Assembly (NCBI GenBank): GCA_025839675.1
Contig: CP104013.1
Location: forward strand, 360,001 to 392,000
From: Candidatus Lokiarchaeum ossiferum
GTDB lineage: Archaea; Asgardarchaeota; Lokiarchaeia; Sigyniarchaeales; Promethearchaeaceae
Length of the DNA stretch: 32,000 bases
Reading direction: 5' to 3'
Shown here: piece after piece, positions 22,724 through 31,108 of the stretch
Position numbering within the stretch: position 1 is the first letter of the stretch
Layout of the letters: every line of letters starts with the position of its first letter
Program-made: the position numbers and the translations under genes
Notes under the pieces: generated by a model
What the model saw: only the letters and a program-made list of their open reading frames with translations
Databases searched by the model: none
Told to the model about the DNA's origin: nothing

Positions 22724-23566
22724 ATGATATTTCAAGCACATTTACATGTTTTAGAACCTGCAAAAATGATTCCTGTTTTTTTAGTCTGGATCCTTGCAAT
22801 GGCAATTTCTTTGATTCTGCTATTTACCAAAAAACTCACTAAACTCTTATCAATAGCAATTTTAACAGTATCTTTTATTGTCACTGGGTTAATTTTCGGT
22901 GCAATGCCAAACCCTGTTTTTCCAATTCAGAATATCGCAGTTGGGATAAACATGAACGCACCCTTACAACAACTTCTACCATTAGCTGTTATCCTATTGG
23001 TGTTAATTGTCACCACAATTTTATTTGGACGCATATTTTGCAGTTATGCATGCCCATTGGGAGCCATCCAAGAAATAATGTCAAAAATCCAATTTAAAAC
23101 AAGTTTAAAAGCTCAAAAAAAAGAAAAAACTATTCCATTGAACTCCAAAATTGCCAGTTATATTCGCTTAGGTTATTTTATTCTGTTTATTGGAGCAGGA
23201 ATTATTTGGGGAGCATCAGTTATACAATATTTAAATATTTTTATTGGATTGCAGATTTTTGCAAATCCCTTATTCCCTATGATTGTAATACCGGCAGTTT
23301 TGCTCGGTATCATAATTATTACAAGTATATTAGTATATCGTCCTTGGTGCCGACTTTTTTGCCCCTTTGGCACAATTGCAGGATTTACAAGCAGATTTAG
23401 TAAATTTGTCCTATGTAGAACGGAGGATTGCACTGATTGTGGGTTATGTGAAAAAATTTGTCCTACTCAAGAAGCTGAGCTTGATTCTAAGAAGGGTGAA
23501 TGCTATCTTTGCAACCGTTGTGTAGAAATTTGCCCTCAAAATGCAATTGTCTATAAAACAAAATAA
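22724..23566 (+). CDS. membrane-bound polyferredoxin (NapH/MauN/CcoG-like 4Fe-4S binding protein)
   Basis: Several TM helices carry juxtamembrane CX3CP motifs, 'CSYACPLG' and 'CRLFCPFG'. A C-terminal 2x[4Fe-4S] domain follows ('CTDCGLCEKICP', 'CYLCNRCVEICP'). The ORF-track start at 22715 is TTG. The first ATG is at 22724. Confidence 0.8.
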   Translation: MIFQAHLHVLEPAKMIPVFLVWILAMAISLILLFTKKLTKLLSIAILTVSFIVTGLIFGAMPNPVFPIQNIAVGINMNAPLQQLLPLAVILLVLIVTTILFGRIFCSYACPLGAIQEIMSKIQFKTSLKAQKKEKTIPLNSKIASYIRLGYFILFIGAGIIWGASVIQYLNIFIGLQIFANPLFPMIVIPAVLLGIIIITSILVYRPWCRLFCPFGTIAGFTSRFSKFVLCRTEDCTDCGLCEKICPTQEAELDSKKGECYLCNRCVEICPQNAIVYKTK

Positions 23567-23681
23567 ATCGGTACTAAAAGATCTTTTTTCCTTTATTTCC
23601 TTGTGGAGAGAGTTTTATTTTACTTCCAACCTCATCATATTATTAGCGGTTCAAAAAAATAAATACAATGTAGTGATTTCA

Positions 23682-24035
23682 ATGAAGATTGAAGAGAAAA
23701 TTAAAAAAACAGCTTTAAACTATGTTGAAGGATGGTATTCAGCGGATAGTAAGCGGATGGAAAAAGCATTACATTCGAAATTGGTTAAAAGAAGATTCGT
23801 ATCCCCACAAGAAATTTGGGATGTAAATACTCCTTGGATGATTGAAGCGACCGAGGAAGGAAGAGGGAAAATCGATGATATTAATCAAGGTAAGAAAGAA
23901 GTAACTATTTTGGATTATTATAACAATATTGCTTCAGTTAAGATAATCTCAGATAAATTTGTCGATTATCTTCATATGGTGTTCATTCAAGGCGAATGGA
24001 AAATTGTAGATGTTTTATGGGATTTTGTGAAATAA
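23682..24035 (+). CDS. NTF2-like / SnoaL-like (putative lumazine-binding family) small protein
   Basis: 'KKTALNYVEGWYSADSKRMEKALHSKLVKRR' and 'ASVKIISDKFVDYLHMVFIQGEWKIVDVLWD' fit the NTF2-like cone fold family. The listed start at 23541 overlaps the upstream gene. An ATG at 23682 gives a typical 117-aa protein. Confidence 0.6.
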   Translation: MKIEEKIKKTALNYVEGWYSADSKRMEKALHSKLVKRRFVSPQEIWDVNTPWMIEATEEGRGKIDDINQGKKEVTILDYYNNIASVKIISDKFVDYLHMVFIQGEWKIVDVLWDFVK

Positions 24036-24084
24036 AATGCAAGACTAACAAATTTTTTTAAGTGATTTGTTCTTTTAGCCAGAT

Positions 24085-24600
24085 ATGCCTAAAGAAATAT
24101 GTCAAGATCGACCCACCGAAGAAGAACTAGAGAATCTTTCAAAAAAAAATATAGCTATGTTAAAAACAGGCTTAGGTATGCCAATGGCTAATCTTCCCGT
24201 GGCACCTTTTAGTCAATGGCTAAATGGAAAATTGCTGTCTGTCGATCGTGGAGAAGTTTCTGCAAGGTATCAATTAAGGCCAGAGATGGCAAATCCAACC
24301 GGAATTTTGCATGGAGGGCTTCAATGTGCACTTATTGATGAATTAATTGGAATTGCTTGTTTTACGTTAGGATTTCCAGGTTTTCATCTTTCAATTGATA
24401 TTACAGTGAATTATCTTGGCCGAGTGAAGGTTGATGAAGAAATTACGTGTTATAGCAAAATAATTCGAGAAGGTAATAAAATTGTAAATGCTCAAGCGGA
24501 AATTCGCGGTCCTGATAATCGAGTAATTGCGAGTGGTCATTCTAATCTTTTAGTGACCACAAAAGAAGTGGATTTTGTTAAAAATTTTGAACAAAACTAA
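24085..24600 (+). CDS. PaaI/4HBT-family hotdog-fold acyl-CoA thioesterase
   Basis: 'ANPTGILHGGLQCALIDELIG' is followed by 'SIDITVNYLGRV' and 'VNAQAEIRG..NRVIASGHSNLLV', which is the PaaI-type pattern. Confidence 0.8.
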   Translation: MPKEICQDRPTEEELENLSKKNIAMLKTGLGMPMANLPVAPFSQWLNGKLLSVDRGEVSARYQLRPEMANPTGILHGGLQCALIDELIGIACFTLGFPGFHLSIDITVNYLGRVKVDEEITCYSKIIREGNKIVNAQAEIRGPDNRVIASGHSNLLVTTKEVDFVKNFEQN

Positions 24601-24717
24601 AGTTCGACAAATTTGACAGCATTTTGATAATTTCTTTTTGCAAAAACTATGCAAAAATAAAATAATCATTCATAAAATGAAAAAAAGGATGATCTTATTT
24701 ATATTCATCAAAACCAT

Positions 24718-25344
24718 ATGAGTTCCATGACATTCTTATTTGTAGTACTAGTTTTAATAGGTATTGCTGCGTCTTCTTTAAACATTTATCATTTTCTAAA
24801 AAGACGAAGTGAAAGTAATGAAGATTCCAAGAAAATTCAGACATATTTCATCATTTATCACATGTTCTTTATAATAGCAATCATATTTCTATTTATATCT
24901 GATTTTGCAGATGAATCGTTTACTTCTTATTCACTTGTGATTGCAATTACAATGAGTTCTTCCTTATTAGCTGCCACATTTGCAATTCAGGCACATTTGG
25001 AATACAACATTAAAATTGCTCGAATCATAGTATTGAGTGGATTTACTCTTGGTTTAATACTCATGATGATTGAAATAATTACAGACATAGAGTTTCAAAT
25101 AATAATATTGATCATAAATGGCATTATCACTGTAATATCTATTGGATTTTTAATTTATTATCTAATTAAAGCGCCATTATCACCATTATTTGGATTTTTA
25201 ATTTCCCAAATTCTTACAATTATATTCCATTCCTCAGGAATTTTGAATGAAAATGGCAGAGCACTTCTCTACATCATACTAAGCATTATAATGTATTTGG
25301 GATATAAAAATAAGTATAGCTTTATTGAGAAAATTAAAAAATAA
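24718..25344 (+). CDS. polytopic membrane protein, function unknown
   Basis: It has six to seven hydrophobic segments across 208 aa. I recognise no motif. Confidence 0.55.
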   Translation: MSSMTFLFVVLVLIGIAASSLNIYHFLKRRSESNEDSKKIQTYFIIYHMFFIIAIIFLFISDFADESFTSYSLVIAITMSSSLLAATFAIQAHLEYNIKIARIIVLSGFTLGLILMMIEIITDIEFQIIILIINGIITVISIGFLIYYLIKAPLSPLFGFLISQILTIIFHSSGILNENGRALLYIILSIIMYLGYKNKYSFIEKIKK

Positions 25345-25490
25345 TATGAATTTTTCCCATTTTTTAAAGTTTAAATTTATTTTTCATTTATTTGGCCAAA
25401 AAAAAAAAATATTTGGAATTATAGACCATTTAATTCATTATCTAATATTGTTTGGAATTTTCATTAAGAATAATAGAAACCCCATGAGAA

Positions 25491-26405
25491 TTATTGTTTT
25501 ATTTGACCATTTGTCGTTACAACTGTGATTCGAAGGGGTATTTTTGGACCTTTTCCAGCCTTTTCTAGCGCCATTTTTGCAATCCGCAATAATCCGGAAC
25601 AACATGGGACTTCCATAATAACCACGTGGAGAGAATGAATAGCATTTAATTCAAATATTTTCGCAAGTTTTTCAATATAATGGGTAGAATCATCCAATTT
25701 TGGACAACCAATCATCAAAGTATGATCCTTGACAAATTCTCTATGGAAATTTGGATAACTTGCAGTTACACAATCCGCAGCTAACAATACATCCGAATCA
25801 TTAAAATATTTCGCTTGTAATGGAAGTAAATTTATCTGAATTGGCCAATTCCGAAGTTCTGATCTTTGTGAGGCTTGAGAACTTGTTTCAAGTATACTTT
25901 CTGAAGTAGATATGGGGTTTAACATTCGACTTAAAGATCCAGGACATCCCGACACGATTTTCGGAATTTTTACTTGATTTGATAGTTTATTATTAAATTT
26001 TTCTTGAACATCTGCAGAGCCACAATCACAAGTTGGTTCATCTGTCTTGGAAATATTGGGAACTACGATTTTATTCTCATTTAAATATTCAATGGCTTGA
26101 TTATAGAGTTCTGATTCACCGTGATGATTTAGATGTTCAAGATGAGCTTTAATCGTATTTACTCCTTGTTTTACAATATTTGCCATAACTATTTTTTCAT
26201 TATACGCTTCTGCTTCTCGAGTAACTGTTGTAATTGCCCCTTCAGGACAATGTCCTAGACATGCACCCAATCCATCACAAAATAAATCGCTGACTAACCG
26301 AGCTTTTCCATCTATTATTTGAATTGCTCCTTCGGGACAATTAGGAATGCAAGCACCACATCCATTACATAATTTTTGATTAATGTTAATAATTTGACGT
26401 TTCAT
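25491..26405 (-). CDS. Fe-S protein: N-terminal 2x[4Fe-4S] ferredoxin domain + uncharacterised Cys-containing C-terminal domain
   Basis: The N-terminal domain has 'CNGCGACIPNCPEGA' and 'CDGLGACLGHCPEGA'. The C-terminal half carries 'LLAADCVTASYP', 'MIGCPKLDD' and 'VIMEVPCCSGL'. The ATG at 26405 is preceded by 'GGTGGttaca'. The ORF-track start at 26414 is GTG. Confidence 0.7.
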   Translation of the reverse strand: MKRQIININQKLCNGCGACIPNCPEGAIQIIDGKARLVSDLFCDGLGACLGHCPEGAITTVTREAEAYNEKIVMANIVKQGVNTIKAHLEHLNHHGESELYNQAIEYLNENKIVVPNISKTDEPTCDCGSADVQEKFNNKLSNQVKIPKIVSGCPGSLSRMLNPISTSESILETSSQASQRSELRNWPIQINLLPLQAKYFNDSDVLLAADCVTASYPNFHREFVKDHTLMIGCPKLDDSTHYIEKLAKIFELNAIHSLHVVIMEVPCCSGLLRIAKMALEKAGKGPKIPLRITVVTTNGQIKQ

Positions 26406-26537
26406 TGTAACCACCAGTACCTACTTCATTTAAAATGTGGATTCAACTTGATAGCTTGTACGAACGGATTCGGATTTTTTTTATAAAATCCAAAAAGAAC
26501 TTTTCTTAACCTTTAATAAGGCAGTCAAAAAGAACAA

Positions 26538-26768
26538 TTACTCATAAAATAAGCGAATATCTTTTTTAATTAGAGTCAAATTATCTTGGGCAAATTTTTG
26601 GATGTTCGGATCAGAGTTCTTCAACAACATAATCAAGTGTTCTTCCAATAACATCGGAGGTTGTTCCATAGCGGTGCTGATAACATCTCTATAATTAATA
26701 ATTTGGTCAAAAATGGACTCTGTTGACGCTCCTTCCTTTTTTGATAGAATGTTTTTTTCTTTACTCAT
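26538..26768 (-). CDS. hypothetical small protein (76 aa)
   Basis: This is an intergenic-sized ORF with an ATG start and no overlapping alternative. It has no recognisable motif. Confidence 0.4.
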   Translation of the reverse strand: MSKEKNILSKKEGASTESIFDQIINYRDVISTAMEQPPMLLEEHLIMLLKNSDPNIQKFAQDNLTLIKKDIRLFYE

Positions 26769-27023
26769 TTTTTTTTCCCTCTTAAACTCACGTATATTAA
26801 AAAACTGTTTTGTTTATTGAAATTAAGTAGTTCAGCTATATATGGTTAAGCCATATAAATTCAATGAGAATTATAAAATATAATAACAACTTTAATTCGA
26901 TTAAAACAAATGGAGAAATTAATGAATTTTCTCATTACTAAGAGAATCAATGCATAATAAAACTATTGGCAGAGTTAAACTAAAATTGACTTTGATATGG
27001 AAATTAAAAAAAAAAAAGAGATG

Positions 27024-28298
27024 TTATACTATTCTCACAAGCCGAACAGAATTCAAAATTCGAATGCAATCTCCCTGTGGCCCATGACCTTCAGTATAAT
27101 CATCGGGATCTCCTACCTTAGGATCACTTCGTTGGGAGCCAGCACCATGCACATCCTGCCATTCACCATCCATGTATCCTAAGGATTCACCAAATGCGAC
27201 ATACGCAGCATTTGCTCCAAGCCCATTTGAGGATGCATGAGTTGTTCCTGACCAATAGAAAGCATAATCATCAACATTTAGTTCATTGGTTATGATCGTG
27301 CAATTAAAGAGAGGATCAATGGCTGCAGAATCTGTAGTATCTGGGCATCTAGAATAATCCACAATACTTTGTAATTCTTTAACATTCGGTAAGCACCAAT
27401 CGCTATATCCTAAATAGTTTTCAGCATTTTTTTGTTGAACCCAAGCTAAAGCATCTTCCCAAAGCATTGATTCACCACTATCTTCTTGTGCCCACATCAA
27501 TCCGGTGGCATTATCGGTTATCGTCTTATCGGTATTATCAATAAATTCATTTTGACCATATTCAAGATTTCCTCGCACATACATAACGGTAAAAAGCTTT
27601 CCATCTGGCTGACCTGGCATTGTTCCAGTCCCATATCCTTTTATTCTTCCGTCCGCGAAATTCACTCCAAAGACTGTTTCAGCTCCATCCATAGTGGTAC
27701 TTTCATAAACTGTACTACTCACATATTGAGCATCAATAATTCGTTCCCTATTTGCAGTATCCCCATATTCAAAGACAAAATAATCGGTATCGATGAAAGG
27801 CACGAGATTTGATGTATCATCACCTTCTTCCCCGCTAGGATCTTCTCCAGTAAAGAGAATTAGAGAATATAATTCCTTTATAGTTGGCAAACGCCAATCA
27901 TCATATTGAGATAATACGAAACTATCTGCCCCACTCACAGCATCATCATAAGTCATTTTTTCACCAGGATCTTGTTGCCACATTAATCCTGTGTTCAAGT
28001 CGGTGACTGTTCCATCTTCATTATCTACATAAGATGCGGAAAATCGAGTATATTGAGCATCTTGCCCATAAAAATCATCTCCTAGAGATGGTTCTAAAAT
28101 CGACTCAAGATTTCCAAAGAACGTGGTCTGGCCAGTATCAACAATCGCATATGAGAAATTGTTTGTTTTTTCAACCACAGTATTAGATACTTCTGCATCC
28201 TTTGCACCATTATAGAGTAAGCCAACAACAACTGCAGAAATAATAATAACTACACTAAGTAAGCTAATTAAAGCTACTTTACGATATTTTGGATCCAT
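27024..28298 (-). CDS. membrane-anchored extracellular protein with two DUF1566 (Lcl C-terminal-like) modules
   Basis: An N-terminal signal-anchor ('VALISLLSVVIIISAVVVGLL') is present. Two modules follow: 'TGLMWQQDPG...YDDWRLPTIKELYSL' and 'TGLMWAQEDSG...YSDWCLPNVKELQSIVD'. The protein is acidic and rich in D, G and T. Confidence 0.75.
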   Translation of the reverse strand: MDPKYRKVALISLLSVVIIISAVVVGLLYNGAKDAEVSNTVVEKTNNFSYAIVDTGQTTFFGNLESILEPSLGDDFYGQDAQYTRFSASYVDNEDGTVTDLNTGLMWQQDPGEKMTYDDAVSGADSFVLSQYDDWRLPTIKELYSLILFTGEDPSGEEGDDTSNLVPFIDTDYFVFEYGDTANRERIIDAQYVSSTVYESTTMDGAETVFGVNFADGRIKGYGTGTMPGQPDGKLFTVMYVRGNLEYGQNEFIDNTDKTITDNATGLMWAQEDSGESMLWEDALAWVQQKNAENYLGYSDWCLPNVKELQSIVDYSRCPDTTDSAAIDPLFNCTIITNELNVDDYAFYWSGTTHASSNGLGANAAYVAFGESLGYMDGEWQDVHGAGSQRSDPKVGDPDDYTEGHGPQGDCIRILNSVRLVRIV

Positions 28299-28491
28299 AA
28301 ATTTTCATTTCCTAAGATTACTGCTATTCGGAAGAAGTAAAGTACGATATATAAACCATGTTTAACCTTTGGTCTATACTAGTTGACCTTTGTTCTGTTA
28401 GAAATAGTATGTTAAAAAATTATTTTTCAATTTTGAAAATGAATTACCTCAAAACCAAAAAATTATCAATCAACAAGAAGTTAGTTTTCCT

Positions 28492-29136
28492 ATGGTTGGT
28501 TCGAGTACGACTTCGAAATTACTTATTACTTTTCCAAACAAATTATGGTTAGGGGAATTAAGCCGGGAATTTCCCTATTTTCAATTTGAAATTAAAGCCT
28601 TTGTCCCAATTAGTCATGATCCATTTATAGGCAACTCTCTAATCACTATAACTGGTCATAAGCCATCCCAAATACTGCCTAAATTAGATACTCATCCTTC
28701 TTTAGTAAAATATTCAATAATGGAACAAAATGAATCCTTCATTTCAATAAATACACAAACAAACGATCAATTTTTATTGATGTCTATTGTAAAAAATTTA
28801 ATTTTAGTTCAACTTCCTTTTAAAATTGCCAATGGAATTGCTGAATTTATTATTTCAAGCACCCGCGAAAATATAGACAAATTTATTGACGATCTTACCT
28901 CTAAAGGAATATCAGTTGAAATTAAAAGTATTGGGCATTTTTCAGAAGATTTGTTGAAGGAAGAATTGACATCACGGCAGTTCTTCATTTTTCAAGAAGC
29001 AAAAAAGGCGGGATATTATGATGTTCCTCGGAAAATTACCCTTACGGATCTAGCTCAGAATTTAGATATTGCAAAATCATCACTATCTTCGATGTTACAA
29101 AGAATTCACAACAAACTCTTAGGATATATTGGATAA
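28492..29136 (+). CDS. Bat-type HTH_10 DNA-binding regulator (paralogue B)
   Basis: The C-terminal 'LTSRQFFIFQEAKKAGYYDVPRKITLTDLAQNLDIAKSSLSSMLQRIHNKL' is a Bat-type HTH. The N-terminal 'ITFPNKLWLGELSREFPYFQFEI' parallels 'FSIPDKKWLYNFSCKFSDLNFYI' of paralogue A. Confidence 0.75.
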   Translation: MVGSSTTSKLLITFPNKLWLGELSREFPYFQFEIKAFVPISHDPFIGNSLITITGHKPSQILPKLDTHPSLVKYSIMEQNESFISINTQTNDQFLLMSIVKNLILVQLPFKIANGIAEFIISSTRENIDKFIDDLTSKGISVEIKSIGHFSEDLLKEELTSRQFFIFQEAKKAGYYDVPRKITLTDLAQNLDIAKSSLSSMLQRIHNKLLGYIG

Positions 29137-29161
29137 AATAATAAAAAAAAAGTGTAAGGTA

Positions 29162-30859
29162 TTATTGCCCAGTCATTATCGCTGCAACATCGGTTTCAGC
29201 AGTAGTGATTCCTTTTAATCCAAAGGTTTCAATAATAATTTTTGCGACATTTGGGGAGAGGAATGATGGAAGGGTTGGTCCCAGTCGAATATTTTTAACA
29301 CCCAAGTGAAGTAATGCTAATAGAACGATTACAGCCTTTTGCTCATACCATGCAATATCAAAGGATAAAGGTAAATCATTAATAGAGTCCATTTCAAAAA
29401 CTTCTTTAAGTTTTAACGCAATAACTGCTAAAGAATAGGAATCATTACACTGTCCAGCATCCAAAACTCGTGGAATTCCTCCAATATCCCCAAGATTTAA
29501 TTTATTGTAACGAAATTTGGCACAGCCTGCAGTTAAAATAATCGTCTCTTTAGGTAGTTTTTCAGCAACGTCGGTGTAATAATTTCTTGATTTCATTCTA
29601 CCATCACATCCTGCCATGACAACAAAACGCTTAATTGCACCTGATTTTATAGCATCAACAATTTTATCAGCTACAGAAAGCACAGAATTATGAGCAAATC
29701 CTATTGGAATTGTACCTGTTTCTAATTCTATCGGAGGATTTAATTTTTTGGCCATTTTAATAATTGCAGAAAAATCCTTAGGATTACCATCTTCACGTTC
29801 AGCGATCCGTTTTGTTCCTGGAAAAGCGACATTTCCGGTCACAAAAACACGATCTTTATAAGATTTCTTTGGTGGAACTAAACAATTGGTAGTAAATAGA
29901 ATCGGCCCATTGAAAGATTCAAATTCTTTCGTTTGATGCCACCATGAACCTCCGTAATTTCCCACCAGATGTTTAAACTTTTTTAAACCAGGATAAGCAT
30001 TTGCGGGTAACATTTCACCATGAGTATAAATATCTATTCCTTCTTTTTCAGTTTGCTGCAATAATTCATAAAGATCTAGCAAATCATGGCCTGTTATTAA
30101 GATTGCAGGCTTATTCCCAACTCCAAGATTAACATCTGTTGGTTCAGGGTGTCCGTAAGTTGTGGTATTTGCTTGATCTAATAAAGCCATCACTTTAACT
30201 CCAAAAGCCCCTGTATCATCTACGAGTTTGAGTAATTCATCTATAGTTAAATCAGTTCGTAGCATCGTTGCTAAAGCGGATTCTATAAATTTCCAAATTT
30301 CGGTATTTTCATATCCAAGGGGAAGAGCATGATCTGCATAAGCCGCAATTCCCTTAAGACCATATAAAACAAGTGAAATTAAAGCTCTAATATCTTCATT
30401 GGCTATTGCATTTTGATTTACTGCATATCCTTTTTCCGTTAAATGATTTAAACTTTCAATATTTACTTCTTCATTCCAATTAGCGGCTTCAGGAATATTT
30501 TCAGAAAATTCTTCATTATTTTTCTTGGAGAACTCCTTTAAGAAAAGAGATTTCATGTCTTCTTTTAATTTTAAACCTTCTGCTAATTTAATTAAAGCCC
30601 AATCTAAATCAAAATTTGCATTTGTAATAGTTGCAAACAAAATTTTGATTATATAATGCGAAATCTCACTTTGCTGTAAATCAAGATTTCGTGCTTTTGT
30701 CTGCCAATAGGCTAATCCTTTGAGATTGTATATTAATAAATCTTGGAGATTTGCAACATCGGCCTTAATTCCGCAAATGCCATTTACCGTGCATCCTTTG
30801 CCTCCAGAAGCTTCTTGGCATTGGTAACAAAACATTTTCATTTTATTTTCATGCTCCAT
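29162..30859 (-). CDS. hcp: hybrid-cluster protein (hydroxylamine/NO reductase)
   Basis: The N-terminal '[22 protein letters not shown]' is the CX2CX8CX5C cubane motif. Hcp core motifs are present: 'ITGHDLLDL', 'THGEMLPA', 'NCLVPP', 'AGCAKFRY' and '[10 protein letters not shown]'. The ORF-track start at 30868 is TTG. ATGs lie at 30859 and at the MFCYQC Met. Confidence 0.92.
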   Translation of the reverse strand: MEHENKMKMFCYQCQEASGGKGCTVNGICGIKADVANLQDLLIYNLKGLAYWQTKARNLDLQQSEISHYIIKILFATITNANFDLDWALIKLAEGLKLKEDMKSLFLKEFSKKNNEEFSENIPEAANWNEEVNIESLNHLTEKGYAVNQNAIANEDIRALISLVLYGLKGIAAYADHALPLGYENTEIWKFIESALATMLRTDLTIDELLKLVDDTGAFGVKVMALLDQANTTTYGHPEPTDVNLGVGNKPAILITGHDLLDLYELLQQTEKEGIDIYTHGEMLPANAYPGLKKFKHLVGNYGGSWWHQTKEFESFNGPILFTTNCLVPPKKSYKDRVFVTGNVAFPGTKRIAEREDGNPKDFSAIIKMAKKLNPPIELETGTIPIGFAHNSVLSVADKIVDAIKSGAIKRFVVMAGCDGRMKSRNYYTDVAEKLPKETIILTAGCAKFRYNKLNLGDIGGIPRVLDAGQCNDSYSLAVIALKLKEVFEMDSINDLPLSFDIAWYEQKAVIVLLALLHLGVKNIRLGPTLPSFLSPNVAKIIIETFGLKGITTAETDVAAIMTGQ

Positions 30860-31108
30860 CGAATTCAATTTAGTAAAGAATTCTTCAAGTGATCTCTACC
30901 TTCAAAAAATGAAGAATTATCACACGAACATGTTCGGAAATGCCAAATCTTGAATAACGAATAAGTGAAAAGTATTAAATTATTATAAATTAAAATCAGT
31001 TTTTTTATTTTCAGGTAGGATTTTTCCTGAAACGAGCCCACATATTTTGGAAAAATTGGATTTCTTCTTAAAACCAAACTTTTTACCTTCTCTAGAAATA
31101 TTATTGCT

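Noticed and set aside
23173-23433. ORFs 23173-23433(-) and 23206-23400(+), inside the membrane polyferredoxin gene
   Set aside because: They are alternative or antisense frames within a gene supported by four Fe-S motifs.
25325-25528. ORF 25325-25528(+)
   Set aside because: It overlaps the ends of two convergent genes, is low-complexity and Phe/Ile-rich, and contains an A12 run. It is probably non-coding.
26468-26488. Hairpin 'ggatttt-ttttat-aaaatcc' downstream of the 76-aa ORF
   Set aside because: The 7-bp A/T-dominated stem has low predicted stability. Archaeal termination does not need hairpins. It is not reported as a feature.
26839-26857. Perfect 7-bp inverted repeat 'tatatgg-ttaag-ccatata' between the DUF1566 gene end and the 76-aa ORF start
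   Set aside because: It is short and AT-rich, so it is expected by chance in this composition. It could be an operator or terminator stem, but there is no supporting evidence.
26997-28552. ORFs 26997-27182(+), 27486-27812(+) and 28358-28552(+)
   Set aside because: The first two are antisense to the DUF1566 gene. The third lies in the promoter region and overlaps the HTH_10 paralogue B start. None has motifs.
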